Notes under the pieces: model-generated | Databases searched by the model: none | What the model saw: the letters and a program-made list of their open reading frames with translations, nothing else | Told to the model about the DNA's origin: nothing | Assembly: GCA_041178545.1 (NCBI GenBank) | Contig: JBEGVB010000056.1 | Span: forward strand, 369-64,368 | Source: Planctomycetota bacterium | GTDB taxonomy: Bacteria; Planctomycetota; UBA1135; UBA2386 | DNA length: 64,000 nt | Direction of reading: 5' to 3' | Translations under genes and position numbers: made by a program | Shown: in pieces, positions 10,443 through 18,884 of the stretch | Position numbering within the stretch: position 1 is the stretch's first letter | Layout: the number at the start of each line of letters is the position of its first letter

Positions 10443-13400
10443 ATGCGACTCGAACTCGTCTCCGCCCCGTTCCTCCTCGCCGGCCTCGCGGCGCAGGAAC
10501 CGCCCGCAGCAGCTCCCGCTGCCGCTGTGCCCGGTCCCGCAACCCCTGCCGACCTCACCCAGGCACTCGAGTGGCGCAACCTGGGCCCGTGCAACCCGCA
10601 GGGTCGCATCACGGACCTCGAGATCCCGTCGGCGACCCCTTCCGTGTGGTACGCGGGCACCGGCGGCGGCGGCGTCTGGAAGACCAGCAACGCGGGGACC
10701 ACGTGGACCCCGGTGTTCGACCGCCAGGGCACCGTGTCGATCGGCGACGTGGCGACCGCACCGTCGAACCCGGACATCGTCTGGGTGGGCACCGGCGAGG
10801 AGAACGCACGCAACTCGGTGCAGTGGGGCGACGGCGTGTACCGGTCGACGGACGGTGGCGCGACGTGGGAGCACAAGGGGCTGCGCGAGACCTTCCAGGT
10901 CGGTCACGTGGCGATCCACCCGACCAACCCTGACATCGTGTTCGTCGCGGCGCTCGGCAGGCTCTGGGGCCCCAACGAGGAACGCGGCGTCTACCGCACC
11001 ATGGACGGCGGCACCACGTGGGAACGCGTGCACTTCGTCGACGAGCGCACCGGCTGCATCGACGTGCGCATCGACCCGTCGCGTCCCGACGTCGTCTACG
11101 CAGCCATGTACGAGCGGGCGCGCGGCATGTTCGACGACAACGACCCCTCGGTGCGCTTCAGCGCGACCAGCGGGCTCTGGAAGTCCGAGGACGGCGGCAC
11201 CACCTGGCGCAGGCTCGGACAGGGCCTGCCGAGCTGCAAGTGGGGCCGTTCGGGCCTCGCCCTCTGGGACAAGGATCCGTCGGTCCTCTTCGCCATCGTC
11301 GAGACCGAGCGCAGCGGCTGGGCCACGGGCAGCAAGCAGAGTGCAGCGGCACCCTCGGGCGAGGCACCGCGCGGCACGGCCACGCTCGGGACCGGGGCCG
11401 AGGGCGAGGACGGCAGCGAGGCGGCTCCCGGCGCAGTGCTGTCGACCGTGACCGAAGGTGGTGCCGCCGAACAGGCAGGCATCCGCGCCGGCGACCGCGT
11501 CACCAAGGTTGGCGACGAGCCCGTGCGCACCTTTGCCGACCTGATGGCCATCGTGCGCGACTCGCGCGGCGGGCAGAAGGCCACCTTCACGGTCGCCCGC
11601 GGCACCCAGACCCTGGAGGTCGAGGTGACCTACGGCACGCGCCAGCAGGGCGCGGGGATGGCCACCGGCGCAGCACCGTTCGGCGGCAGGCTCGGCGGAC
11701 AGGTGGAGAACCGGCAGGACCAGCAGGGCCCCGACGGTTTCGAGACCGGCGGCATCTTCCGTTCCAACGACCGCGGCGAGACGTGGACGCGCCTCAACAG
11801 CCTCAACGAGCGCCCGTTCTACTACAGCGTGCTGGCCGTCGACCCGCAGTCGGACCAGAACCTCTACTCCGTCGGCGTGAACCTCTGGGGCAGCTCGGAC
11901 GGCGGCAAGAAGTTCGGTGCCGTGAACCGCGGCATCCACGTCGACTTCCATGCCGTGTGGGTGGACCCACAGGACAGCAACCACCTGGTCGCCGGCTGCG
12001 ACGGCGGCATCAACGAGACCTTCGACCGCGGCCAGACCTGGCAGGTGCACCACGGCTTCTCGGTCGCGCAGTACTACAAGGTCGCCGCCGACAACTCCGT
12101 GCCCTACCGCGTCATCGGCGGCCTGCAGGACAACGGGACCTGGGTCGGCCCGAGCCGCACGCGCCGTCGCGAGGGCATCCTGCACGAGGACTGGAGCTAC
12201 ATCTGGGGCGGCGACGGCTTCGGAGCCTCGGTCGACCCGATCGAGCCCTGGTTCGTCTTCGCCACCAGCCAGAACGGTGCGCTGGGCATGCTCGACCTGC
12301 GTTCCGGGAACCAGTTGCGGCCGGACCGTGCGCGGGCGAGCGGACCTGCTGCGCGCTTCAACTGGGACGCGCCGTTCAAGCTCTCCCCCCACAACCGGCT
12401 CGTGGTCTACCACGCCGGCAACTACCTGTGGCGCGGCGACCGCTATGCGCACCTCGACAACCGCGACGTGCGGGCCGACCAGGGACCGATCCGCAACGCA
12501 GCCGGGATCCGCATGACCTCGCTCTCGCCCGTGCTCGGCCTCACCGAGCAGGGCACGGCCACTGCGCTTGCCGAGAGCCCGCGCGTGCGCGGTTTGCTGT
12601 ACGTGGGCACGGACGACGGCGCGCTCTGGCGCACCGACGACGAGGGTCGCAACTGGGTGCAGTTGCACGCCAACCTGCCGGGCGTGCCCGGACCGCGCTA
12701 CGTGAGCGACGTCTGGCCCTCGGCGCACAAGGACGACCGCGTCTACGTGACCCTGGACGGCCACCGCAGCGACGACTTCGCCCCCTACGTGTTCGTGAGC
12801 GAGGACCGCGGGGCGACCTGGCGCTTCCTCGGCCACGACCTGGCCGCCAACGAGCCGGTGCACGCGGTCGCGGAGGACCCGCGCCGCGAGGGCCTGCTCT
12901 ACCTCGGCACCGAGTTCGGTGCGTGGGTGAGCTTCGACGGCGGCGACCGCTGGTCCCCGCTCGGATCGGGCCTGCCCACGGTCTGCGTCCGGGACCTCTG
13001 CATCCAGGACCGCGACAGCGACCTCGTTGCAGGCACGCACGGCCGCGGCGTGTGGGTGATCGACGTCCAACCGCTGCGCCAGTGGAACAAGGCTGTGGCA
13101 GAGTCCGCAGCGCACCTGTTCCAGCCCGAGGACGCGATCCTCTGGCGCATGAGCAGCCGCGGGGCCCAGGGCCACCGCAACTACGCGGCACCCAACCCCG
13201 CCTACGGCGCGACCTTCCACCTGTACCTCGCGGACGCCCCTGCGGCGGCACCGACCCTCACCGTGCACGACGTCAAGGGCGACAAGGTTGCGGAGGTCCA
13301 GGGCAAGCCCAGGGCAGGCCTGCAGGTGATCCAGTGGGACGCCCGCACCGGCAACCGGCTCGCGGCCCCCGGCGTCTACTCGGTCCGCCACACCGTGGGC

Positions 13401-13502
13401 GAGAAGGTCACCGCACGCGCCTTCACGCTGCACCCCGACCCGGGCACGTCGCCCGTGGAGCCCGGCACCCTCGAACCCACCACCCCGTTGAGCAGGGAGT
13501 GA
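10443..13502 (+). CDS. Sortilin/VPS10-like BNR repeat protein with inserted PDZ domain
   Basis: ATG 10443 (MRLELVSAPFLLAGLAAQ signal peptide). Asp-box repeats KTSNAGTTW, RSTDGGATW, RTMDGGTTW, KSEDGGTTW, RSNDRGETW, SSDGGKKF. PDZ-like segment GAVLSTVTEGGAAEQAGIRAGDRVTKVGDEPV...TFTVARG at about 11431-11640. FlgD-Ig-like C-terminus. Confidence 0.85.
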   Translation: MRLELVSAPFLLAGLAAQEPPAAAPAAAVPGPATPADLTQALEWRNLGPCNPQGRITDLEIPSATPSVWYAGTGGGGVWKTSNAGTTWTPVFDRQGTVSIGDVATAPSNPDIVWVGTGEENARNSVQWGDGVYRSTDGGATWEHKGLRETFQVGHVAIHPTNPDIVFVAALGRLWGPNEERGVYRTMDGGTTWERVHFVDERTGCIDVRIDPSRPDVVYAAMYERARGMFDDNDPSVRFSATSGLWKSEDGGTTWRRLGQGLPSCKWGRSGLALWDKDPSVLFAIVETERSGWATGSKQSAAAPSGEAPRGTATLGTGAEGEDGSEAAPGAVLSTVTEGGAAEQAGIRAGDRVTKVGDEPVRTFADLMAIVRDSRGGQKATFTVARGTQTLEVEVTYGTRQQGAGMATGAAPFGGRLGGQVENRQDQQGPDGFETGGIFRSNDRGETWTRLNSLNERPFYYSVLAVDPQSDQNLYSVGVNLWGSSDGGKKFGAVNRGIHVDFHAVWVDPQDSNHLVAGCDGGINETFDRGQTWQVHHGFSVAQYYKVAADNSVPYRVIGGLQDNGTWVGPSRTRRREGILHEDWSYIWGGDGFGASVDPIEPWFVFATSQNGALGMLDLRSGNQLRPDRARASGPAARFNWDAPFKLSPHNRLVVYHAGNYLWRGDRYAHLDNRDVRADQGPIRNAAGIRMTSLSPVLGLTEQGTATALAESPRVRGLLYVGTDDGALWRTDDEGRNWVQLHANLPGVPGPRYVSDVWPSAHKDDRVYVTLDGHRSDDFAPYVFVSEDRGATWRFLGHDLAANEPVHAVAEDPRREGLLYLGTEFGAWVSFDGGDRWSPLGSGLPTVCVRDLCIQDRDSDLVAGTHGRGVWVIDVQPLRQWNKAVAESAAHLFQPEDAILWRMSSRGAQGHRNYAAPNPAYGATFHLYLADAPAAAPTLTVHDVKGDKVAEVQGKPRAGLQVIQWDARTGNRLAAPGVYSVRHTVGEKVTARAFTLHPDPGTSPVEPGTLEPTTPLSRE

Positions 13503-13506
13503 TGCC

Positions 13507-16380
13507 ATGAAGCACCTGACCCCGATCTCCTGCATCGTTGCCCTCGTGCCGCTGTTGCCGGCGCAGTCGCCCGACCACGAGTTCCATGCGCGCGACGTGT
13601 TCGGCCGCATGAACTGGGTCGAACTGGGCCCGACGGCCTTCGGCGGCCGCATCCTCGACATCGAGGTGCACCCCGCCAACCGGTCCGTGGTGTGGGTCGC
13701 CGCTGCGAGCGGCGGCTTGTTCAAGAGCGTCAACGGCGGCATCACCTTCGCGCCGCAGTTCCAGGACGCGTACTCCGCCAGCATCGGCGACCTCGCGGTG
13801 GCACCCTCGAACGGCGACGTGCTGTACGTGGGCACCGGCGAGGCCAACAACCAGCGCAGCTCCTACTGGGGCAATGGCGTGTGGAAGTCGACGGACGGCG
13901 GCGCCACGTGGAAGCACGTTGGTCTCGACGGAACCGACCACATCGGCCGCGTGGTCGTGCACCCGAGCAACCCGGACATCGTGTGGGTCGCAGCCGCTGG
14001 TGCGCTCTACACGCCCAACGCCCAGCGCGGCCTCTACCGCACGGTGGACGGCGGCGCGACCTGGGAGCACGTGAAGCAACTCGGACCCGACGTCGGCTTC
14101 ATCGACGTGGCCGTCGACCCCCGCAACCCGGACGTCCTGTACGGGGCCAGCTACGAACGCAGGCGCCGCGCTTGGGACTTCGTCGAGGGTGGCGCCGGCA
14201 GCCGCCTCTGGAAGTCCGTGGACGGCGGCAGGACGTGGGAACAGCTCGGTGGCGGGCTGCCCGGTGGCGAACTCGGACGCATCGGGCTCGCGGTGTTCCC
14301 GGGCGACCCCAAGGTGGTCTATGCCTGCGTCGAGAACCTGAACCCCGCGCCGCAGGTGGCCAGCGAGAAACCTGCCGAGCCGCCTGCCGAGGGCGGCAAG
14401 GAAGCGGAGCCCACGGCCGAGGAACTGGCCGACCCGGTCGCAACGCTGGTGGCCCGCACCAAGGCGGACCAGGCCCAGGACGCCCCGCGCCAGCAGCCCC
14501 GCCGCAAGCTCGTGGGCGGCGAGGTGTGGCGCAGCGACGATGCAGGTGCCACCTGGCGCAAGACCAACGGCACGCGTCCCATCGGCGGCGAGCCCGGCTA
14601 CTACTACGGGCAGGTCCGCGTCGACCCTCGCAACGCCGACGTCGTGTACGTGCTGTCCGTGCAGCTCTACCGCTCCGAGGACGGCGGCAAGACGTGGACC
14701 CCGGGCGAGGGCCGCGGCGCACGCGGCAGGAACTTCGCCAACAGTCTCCACGTCGACCACCATGCGCTCTGGATCGACCCGAAGGACGGCAACCACGCAC
14801 TGCTCGGCAACGACGGCGGGCTTGCCGTCACGTGGGACGGCGGCCAGCACTGGGACCACAACGACCGCCTGCCCATCGCGCAGTTCTACGCCATCGGCGT
14901 CGACAACCGCGACCCCTACCGCGTCTACGGGGGCACGCAGGACAATGGCACCTGGGGCTTCCCGCTCCGCGGGCGCACGAGCGCGGGCATCCGCATCGAG
15001 GACGCCTACCGCATCAACGGCGGCGACGGCTTCCACGTGTGTGTCGACCCGGAGAACCCGGACCTCGTCTACTCGGAGTCGCAGTTCGGCGGGCTCGGCA
15101 GGCTCGACCTCCGCACCGGTGAGAGCGCCTCGATCCGGCCCAAGGCACCCAAGGGCTCGCCCGCGCTGCGCTTCAACTGGATGACCCCCTTCGTGGTCTC
15201 GGCACACAACCCGCAGACCCTGTACGCAGGCAGCCAGTACCTGCACCGCTCACGCAACCGCGGCACGGACTGGACCATGGTCAGTCCGGACCTCACCACC
15301 GCGGCGGCAGACCGCCTGCGCGGCGACGTGCCCCACTGCACGATCACGACGATTGCCGAGTCACCGAGGACCGCAGGCATGCTCTGGGTCGGCACGGACG
15401 ACGGCAGGGTCTGGCTCACGCGCGACGACGGCAGCCGATGGACCGAGCTCACCGACCGGTTCCCGGCCGAGGTGCAGGGTCTCTGGGTCAGCCGCGTCGA
15501 GGCCTCGCGCCACGACGAGAAGGTCGCCTTCGTGTCGTTCACCGGGTACCGCGAGGACCTGCGCAAGCCGTTCCTGTTCCGCACGGACGACGGCGGTGAG
15601 AGCTTCCGCGCCATCCACGGTTCGTTGCCTGCCGAGCCCGTCAACGTGGTGCGCCAGCACCCGCGCAACGCCCACGTGTTGTTGGTGGGGACCGAGATGG
15701 GCGCATACGTGAGCGTCGACGACGGCGCGCACTTCCACCGCCTGGGCGGCAACCTGCCGCGCGTTGCGGTGCACGACCTGTTGGTGCACCCGCGCGAGCC
15801 GCACGTCCTCGTGGGCACCCACGGGCGCGGCATCTGGGCCATGGACGCTTCAGCCCTCGAGTCGCTCGATGCCGAGGTGCTGGGCCAGGCCATGGTGGCA
15901 TTGCCCCCCAGCAACGGCGTGATCCTGCCGCGCCCGCTCGGACGCGGCAACGTGGGCGCACGCGAGTGGGTCGCACCCAACCCGTTCACCACCGCGACGT
16001 TCCGCTACTTCCTCGACCAGGACGCCGAGGGCAAGGTGGAACTCGAGGTGCTCGACCCCACGGGTGCCGTGGTGTGGCGCAAGGACGGCCCGACCAAGGC
16101 CGGCTACCACGAGGTGGCATGGGCTGCCGAGGGCCAGGGCCTACGCGGCGGGATGTCGGGCTTCGGCCGCGGCGGGCGCCAGGGACAGGGCCAGCGCGGT
16201 GGCTCGTTTGCCGTGCGCATCCGCAACGGCGAACGCAGCGCCACCCTGCCGTTCACCGTGCGCGACCTGCGCGGCCCGCGCAGTGCCATCGGTGGCGTGC
16301 CCGGTGTCGGCGCCGGCGACTCGGACGTGGAGACGACGGCGGTCGAGGGCGAGCAGGAGGAAGGGACCGGCGGCCGCTGA
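13507..16380 (+). CDS. Sortilin/VPS10-like BNR repeat protein (paralogue, no PDZ)
   Basis: Starts 4 nt after the previous stop. Collinear similarity to 10443..13502 (GGLFKSVNGGITF, WKSTDGGATW, YRTVDGGATW, WKSVDGGRTW, WRSDDAGATW, RSEDGGKTW). A low-complexity Pro/Glu/Ala linker sits where the paralogue has the PDZ. Gly/Arg/Gln-rich tail. Confidence 0.85.
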   Translation: MKHLTPISCIVALVPLLPAQSPDHEFHARDVFGRMNWVELGPTAFGGRILDIEVHPANRSVVWVAAASGGLFKSVNGGITFAPQFQDAYSASIGDLAVAPSNGDVLYVGTGEANNQRSSYWGNGVWKSTDGGATWKHVGLDGTDHIGRVVVHPSNPDIVWVAAAGALYTPNAQRGLYRTVDGGATWEHVKQLGPDVGFIDVAVDPRNPDVLYGASYERRRRAWDFVEGGAGSRLWKSVDGGRTWEQLGGGLPGGELGRIGLAVFPGDPKVVYACVENLNPAPQVASEKPAEPPAEGGKEAEPTAEELADPVATLVARTKADQAQDAPRQQPRRKLVGGEVWRSDDAGATWRKTNGTRPIGGEPGYYYGQVRVDPRNADVVYVLSVQLYRSEDGGKTWTPGEGRGARGRNFANSLHVDHHALWIDPKDGNHALLGNDGGLAVTWDGGQHWDHNDRLPIAQFYAIGVDNRDPYRVYGGTQDNGTWGFPLRGRTSAGIRIEDAYRINGGDGFHVCVDPENPDLVYSESQFGGLGRLDLRTGESASIRPKAPKGSPALRFNWMTPFVVSAHNPQTLYAGSQYLHRSRNRGTDWTMVSPDLTTAAADRLRGDVPHCTITTIAESPRTAGMLWVGTDDGRVWLTRDDGSRWTELTDRFPAEVQGLWVSRVEASRHDEKVAFVSFTGYREDLRKPFLFRTDDGGESFRAIHGSLPAEPVNVVRQHPRNAHVLLVGTEMGAYVSVDDGAHFHRLGGNLPRVAVHDLLVHPREPHVLVGTHGRGIWAMDASALESLDAEVLGQAMVALPPSNGVILPRPLGRGNVGAREWVAPNPFTTATFRYFLDQDAEGKVELEVLDPTGAVVWRKDGPTKAGYHEVAWAAEGQGLRGGMSGFGRGGRQGQGQRGGSFAVRIRNGERSATLPFTVRDLRGPRSAIGGVPGVGAGDSDVETTAVEGEQEEGTGGR

Positions 16381-16383
16381 GCC

Positions 16384-16421
16384 CTGGCCGCTGGACTGCA
16401 GCCGGCCAGGTCTGCGGCCAG
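16384..16421. terminator. Stem-loop between convergent genes (possible bidirectional terminator)
   Basis: CTGGCCGC (16384-16391) pairs with GCGGCCAG (16414-16421) in the 50-nt gap between two convergent stops. No clear U-tract. Confidence 0.3.
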
Positions 16422-16430
16422 CGGTGAGGC

Positions 16431-17768
16431 TCAGTGGTCCGTCGGGTGCCCGAGGATCGCGAACAGTTCGTCGCGCTTCTGCTCCATGAGCTGCTGGGTG
16501 TCCGCCTCGAGGCACATGCGCAGGAACGGCTCGGTGTTGGACGGGCGCACGTTCACCCACCAGGTCGGGTAGGTCACCGTCACGCCGTCGAGGAAGTCGA
16601 TCTTTGCGTCGGCATAGCGTGACTGCACCGCCTTCATCAGGGCGTCCTTGTCCGCCACCTTGAAGTTGACCTCGCCGGTGCCGAAGTACTTGCGCAGCGG
16701 GTCGGCAGCCTGCTTGAGGGTCTTGCCCTCCTGGCTCAGCTGGTTGAGCACGAGGATCGCGGCCAGGACGCCGCAGTCCGTGTAGTAGTTCTCCGCGAAG
16801 TAGAAGTGGCCGCTGAGCTCGCCGCCGCCGATGCAGTCGGTGCGACGCATCGTCTCCTTCATGAAGGAGTGACCCACGCGCTCGCGCACGGGCCTCCCAC
16901 CCAGCTTGACGATCTCCTCGGGGACGACCTTGGAGCTGCGCAGGTCGTAGATGATCCCCTTGCCCGGGTGCCGCTGGAGCATGCCGCGCGCGAGGATCAC
17001 GGTGATGAGGTCGGCGTGGACCGTACGGCCCTCCTCGTCCACGAACGCGCAACGGTCGGCATCGCCGTCGAACGAGAGTCCGAGGGTCGCCTTGCGCGCC
17101 TTCACGGCGCGTCGCAGGTCGTCGAGGTTCGACTCCTTGAGCGGGTTGGCCTCGTGGTTCGGGAACGTGCCGTCGAGTTCCTGGTAGAGCGACTCGACCT
17201 GCAGGCCGGGGATCTTGGCGAAGATCGCCGGCGACTCGTGCGCCCCCATGCCGTTCGCGTAGTCCACGACGATGGACATGGGCTTGATGCCCTTGGCGAA
17301 GTTGGCGATGTGGTCGACGAAGTCCTTCTTCACGTCCACGAAGTCGCGCTTGCCGGCCTTGGCCGCAGGCTGCATGCCGCCAGCCCGGACCATGCGCTCG
17401 ATGTCCTTGATGCCGGTGTCGGCGGACATCGGGCGGGCCTCCTTGCGGCACAGCTTGAAGCCGATGTACTGCTTCGGGTTGTGCGAGGCCGTCACGACGA
17501 GGCCGCCGTCGCAGGGGATCTTGCCGATGGCGTAGTAGCCCATGGGCGTGGAGGCGAGACCGATGTCCACCACGTCGCATCCCTGCGAGAGCATGCCCTC
17601 GATCACGGCATCCTGGACGGAAGGTGCCATGGTGCGCATGTCGCGCCCCACGACCAACCGCTTGGCGCCGAGGAAGCGGACCATCGCCGCCCCGATGTCG
17701 AACGCGATGCGCTCGTCGACCTGGTCGGGGTAGGTGCCGCGGATGTCGTATGCCTTGAAGATGCTCAC
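16431..17768 (-). CDS. Phosphomannomutase/phosphoglucomutase
   Basis: VSIFKAYDIRG N-terminus, active-site TASHNP, Mg site DGDADR, GGELSGH. GTG 17768 is preceded by AAGGAA, 17 nt after the ltaE stop. The alternative ATG 17807 would overlap ltaE. Confidence 0.85.
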   Translation of the reverse strand: MSIFKAYDIRGTYPDQVDERIAFDIGAAMVRFLGAKRLVVGRDMRTMAPSVQDAVIEGMLSQGCDVVDIGLASTPMGYYAIGKIPCDGGLVVTASHNPKQYIGFKLCRKEARPMSADTGIKDIERMVRAGGMQPAAKAGKRDFVDVKKDFVDHIANFAKGIKPMSIVVDYANGMGAHESPAIFAKIPGLQVESLYQELDGTFPNHEANPLKESNLDDLRRAVKARKATLGLSFDGDADRCAFVDEEGRTVHADLITVILARGMLQRHPGKGIIYDLRSSKVVPEEIVKLGGRPVRERVGHSFMKETMRRTDCIGGGELSGHFYFAENYYTDCGVLAAILVLNQLSQEGKTLKQAADPLRKYFGTGEVNFKVADKDALMKAVQSRYADAKIDFLDGVTVTYPTWWVNVRPSNTEPFLRMCLEADTQQLMEQKRDELFAILGHPTDH

Positions 17769-17785
17769 GGTCTCTCGTTCCTTTC

Positions 17786-18826
17786 CTACGTCGTTGCCGC
17801 CGCCCATTGCCGGGCTGCGCGGATACAGGATTGCACACCCTCGTCGGTGATGTCGCGATGGGTCACGAACCGCACGCGCGCCGGCCCCACGGCAGCGGCC
17901 TTGACGCCGTGCCGGGCGAGCTCGGCGACCAGGCCCGCGGGGGTGCCGCGCACGAGGTCTGCCATGACGATGTTGGTCTCGACCGCAGCGGTGTCCACGC
18001 GGATCCCGTCGATGCCACCGATCCCTTGCGCGAGCACCTGTGCCCGCTCGTGGTCGCGCGGCAGCAGGGTGCGCCAGTCGCGCAGCGCCAGCAAGCCGGC
18101 AGCAGCGAGCACGCCTGCCTGCCGCAGGCCGCCACCGAACGCCTTGCGGGCGCGCCGGGCCTCGGCGAGGAACGCACGCGTGCCTGCGAGCACGGACCCC
18201 ACCGGGGCGCCGAGCCCCTTGCTCAGGCACAGCGAGACGCTGTCAGCCGCAGCGACCAGACGGGCAGGCTCGACGCCGCAGGCCACCGCTGCGTTGCACA
18301 ACCGGGCCCCGTCGACGTGCACGGCCATGCCGCCAGCGCGGGCCGCAGCTGCCAGCGCATCCATGCGACCGGGCTGCACCACCCGCCCACCCGCCATGTT
18401 GTGGGAGTTCTCGACCACCAGCAGGCGCGAACGCGGGTAGTGCGGGTCGTCGCTGCGCACTGCGGCCGTCACCTGCGCGGGGTCGGGCACGCCACCGGGC
18501 GCGTCGAGCGTGCGCACCTGCGTGCCGCTCAGGCGGGCGATGGCACCTCCCTCGTACCAGTACACGTGGCTGCGCGACTCGCACACGAGTTCGTCGCCGG
18601 GCCTGCAGTGGACGTGGATGGCGACCTGGTTGGCCATCGTGCCGGAGGGCATGAACAGCCCGGCTTCCTTGCCGAGCAGTTCTGCCGCTGCGGCCTCGAG
18701 CCGCTTCACCGTGGGGTCCTCGCCCCACACGTCGTCCCCCACCTCGGCAGCGGCCATGGCCCGACGCATCTCGTCGGTGGGCAGCGTCAGGGTGTCGCTG
18801 CGGAAGTCGGCGCCGGAGGGGATCAT
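17786..18826 (-). CDS. ltaE: Low-specificity L-threonine aldolase
   Basis: ATG 18826 within ORF 17786..19123. FRSDTLT, MPSGTMANQ and the PLP-lysine block SLCLSKGLGAPVGS. Confidence 0.85.
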   Translation of the reverse strand: MIPSGADFRSDTLTLPTDEMRRAMAAAEVGDDVWGEDPTVKRLEAAAAELLGKEAGLFMPSGTMANQVAIHVHCRPGDELVCESRSHVYWYEGGAIARLSGTQVRTLDAPGGVPDPAQVTAAVRSDDPHYPRSRLLVVENSHNMAGGRVVQPGRMDALAAAARAGGMAVHVDGARLCNAAVACGVEPARLVAAADSVSLCLSKGLGAPVGSVLAGTRAFLAEARRARKAFGGGLRQAGVLAAAGLLALRDWRTLLPRDHERAQVLAQGIGGIDGIRVDTAAVETNIVMADLVRGTPAGLVAELARHGVKAAAVGPARVRFVTHRDITDEGVQSCIRAARQWAAATT

Positions 18827-18884
18827 CCGGCGCACAGGATGGCGGCACGGGCGGCGATTGCAAGCAAGCGCCGCTGCTGCCCGC

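Noticed and set aside
10164-13850. 1,228-aa minus-strand ORF antisense to the sortilin-like gene. Similar giant ORFs are 50736..54365 (+), 57188..60943 (+), 4164..6764 (-), 8005..10089 (+), 23872..26430 (+), 26094..28214 (+), 42598..45189 (+) and 58540..60760 (-).
   Set aside because: All lie opposite or out of frame to genes with clear family motifs. They translate to Arg/Ala/Gly/Pro-rich low-complexity sequence. Such ORFs are expected when stop codons are rare at about 70% GC.
16431-18230. Long N-terminal extensions of real genes in the ORF track, for example 16431..18230, 17786..19123, 18885..21011, 21903..23807, 38566..40002, 39770..41833, 40651..42141 and 53184..54593.
   Set aside because: The extensions overlap the upstream gene, are Arg/Pro-rich and precede obvious signal peptides or conserved N-termini. 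Internal starts supported by overlaps, SD-like sequences or motifs were used instead.
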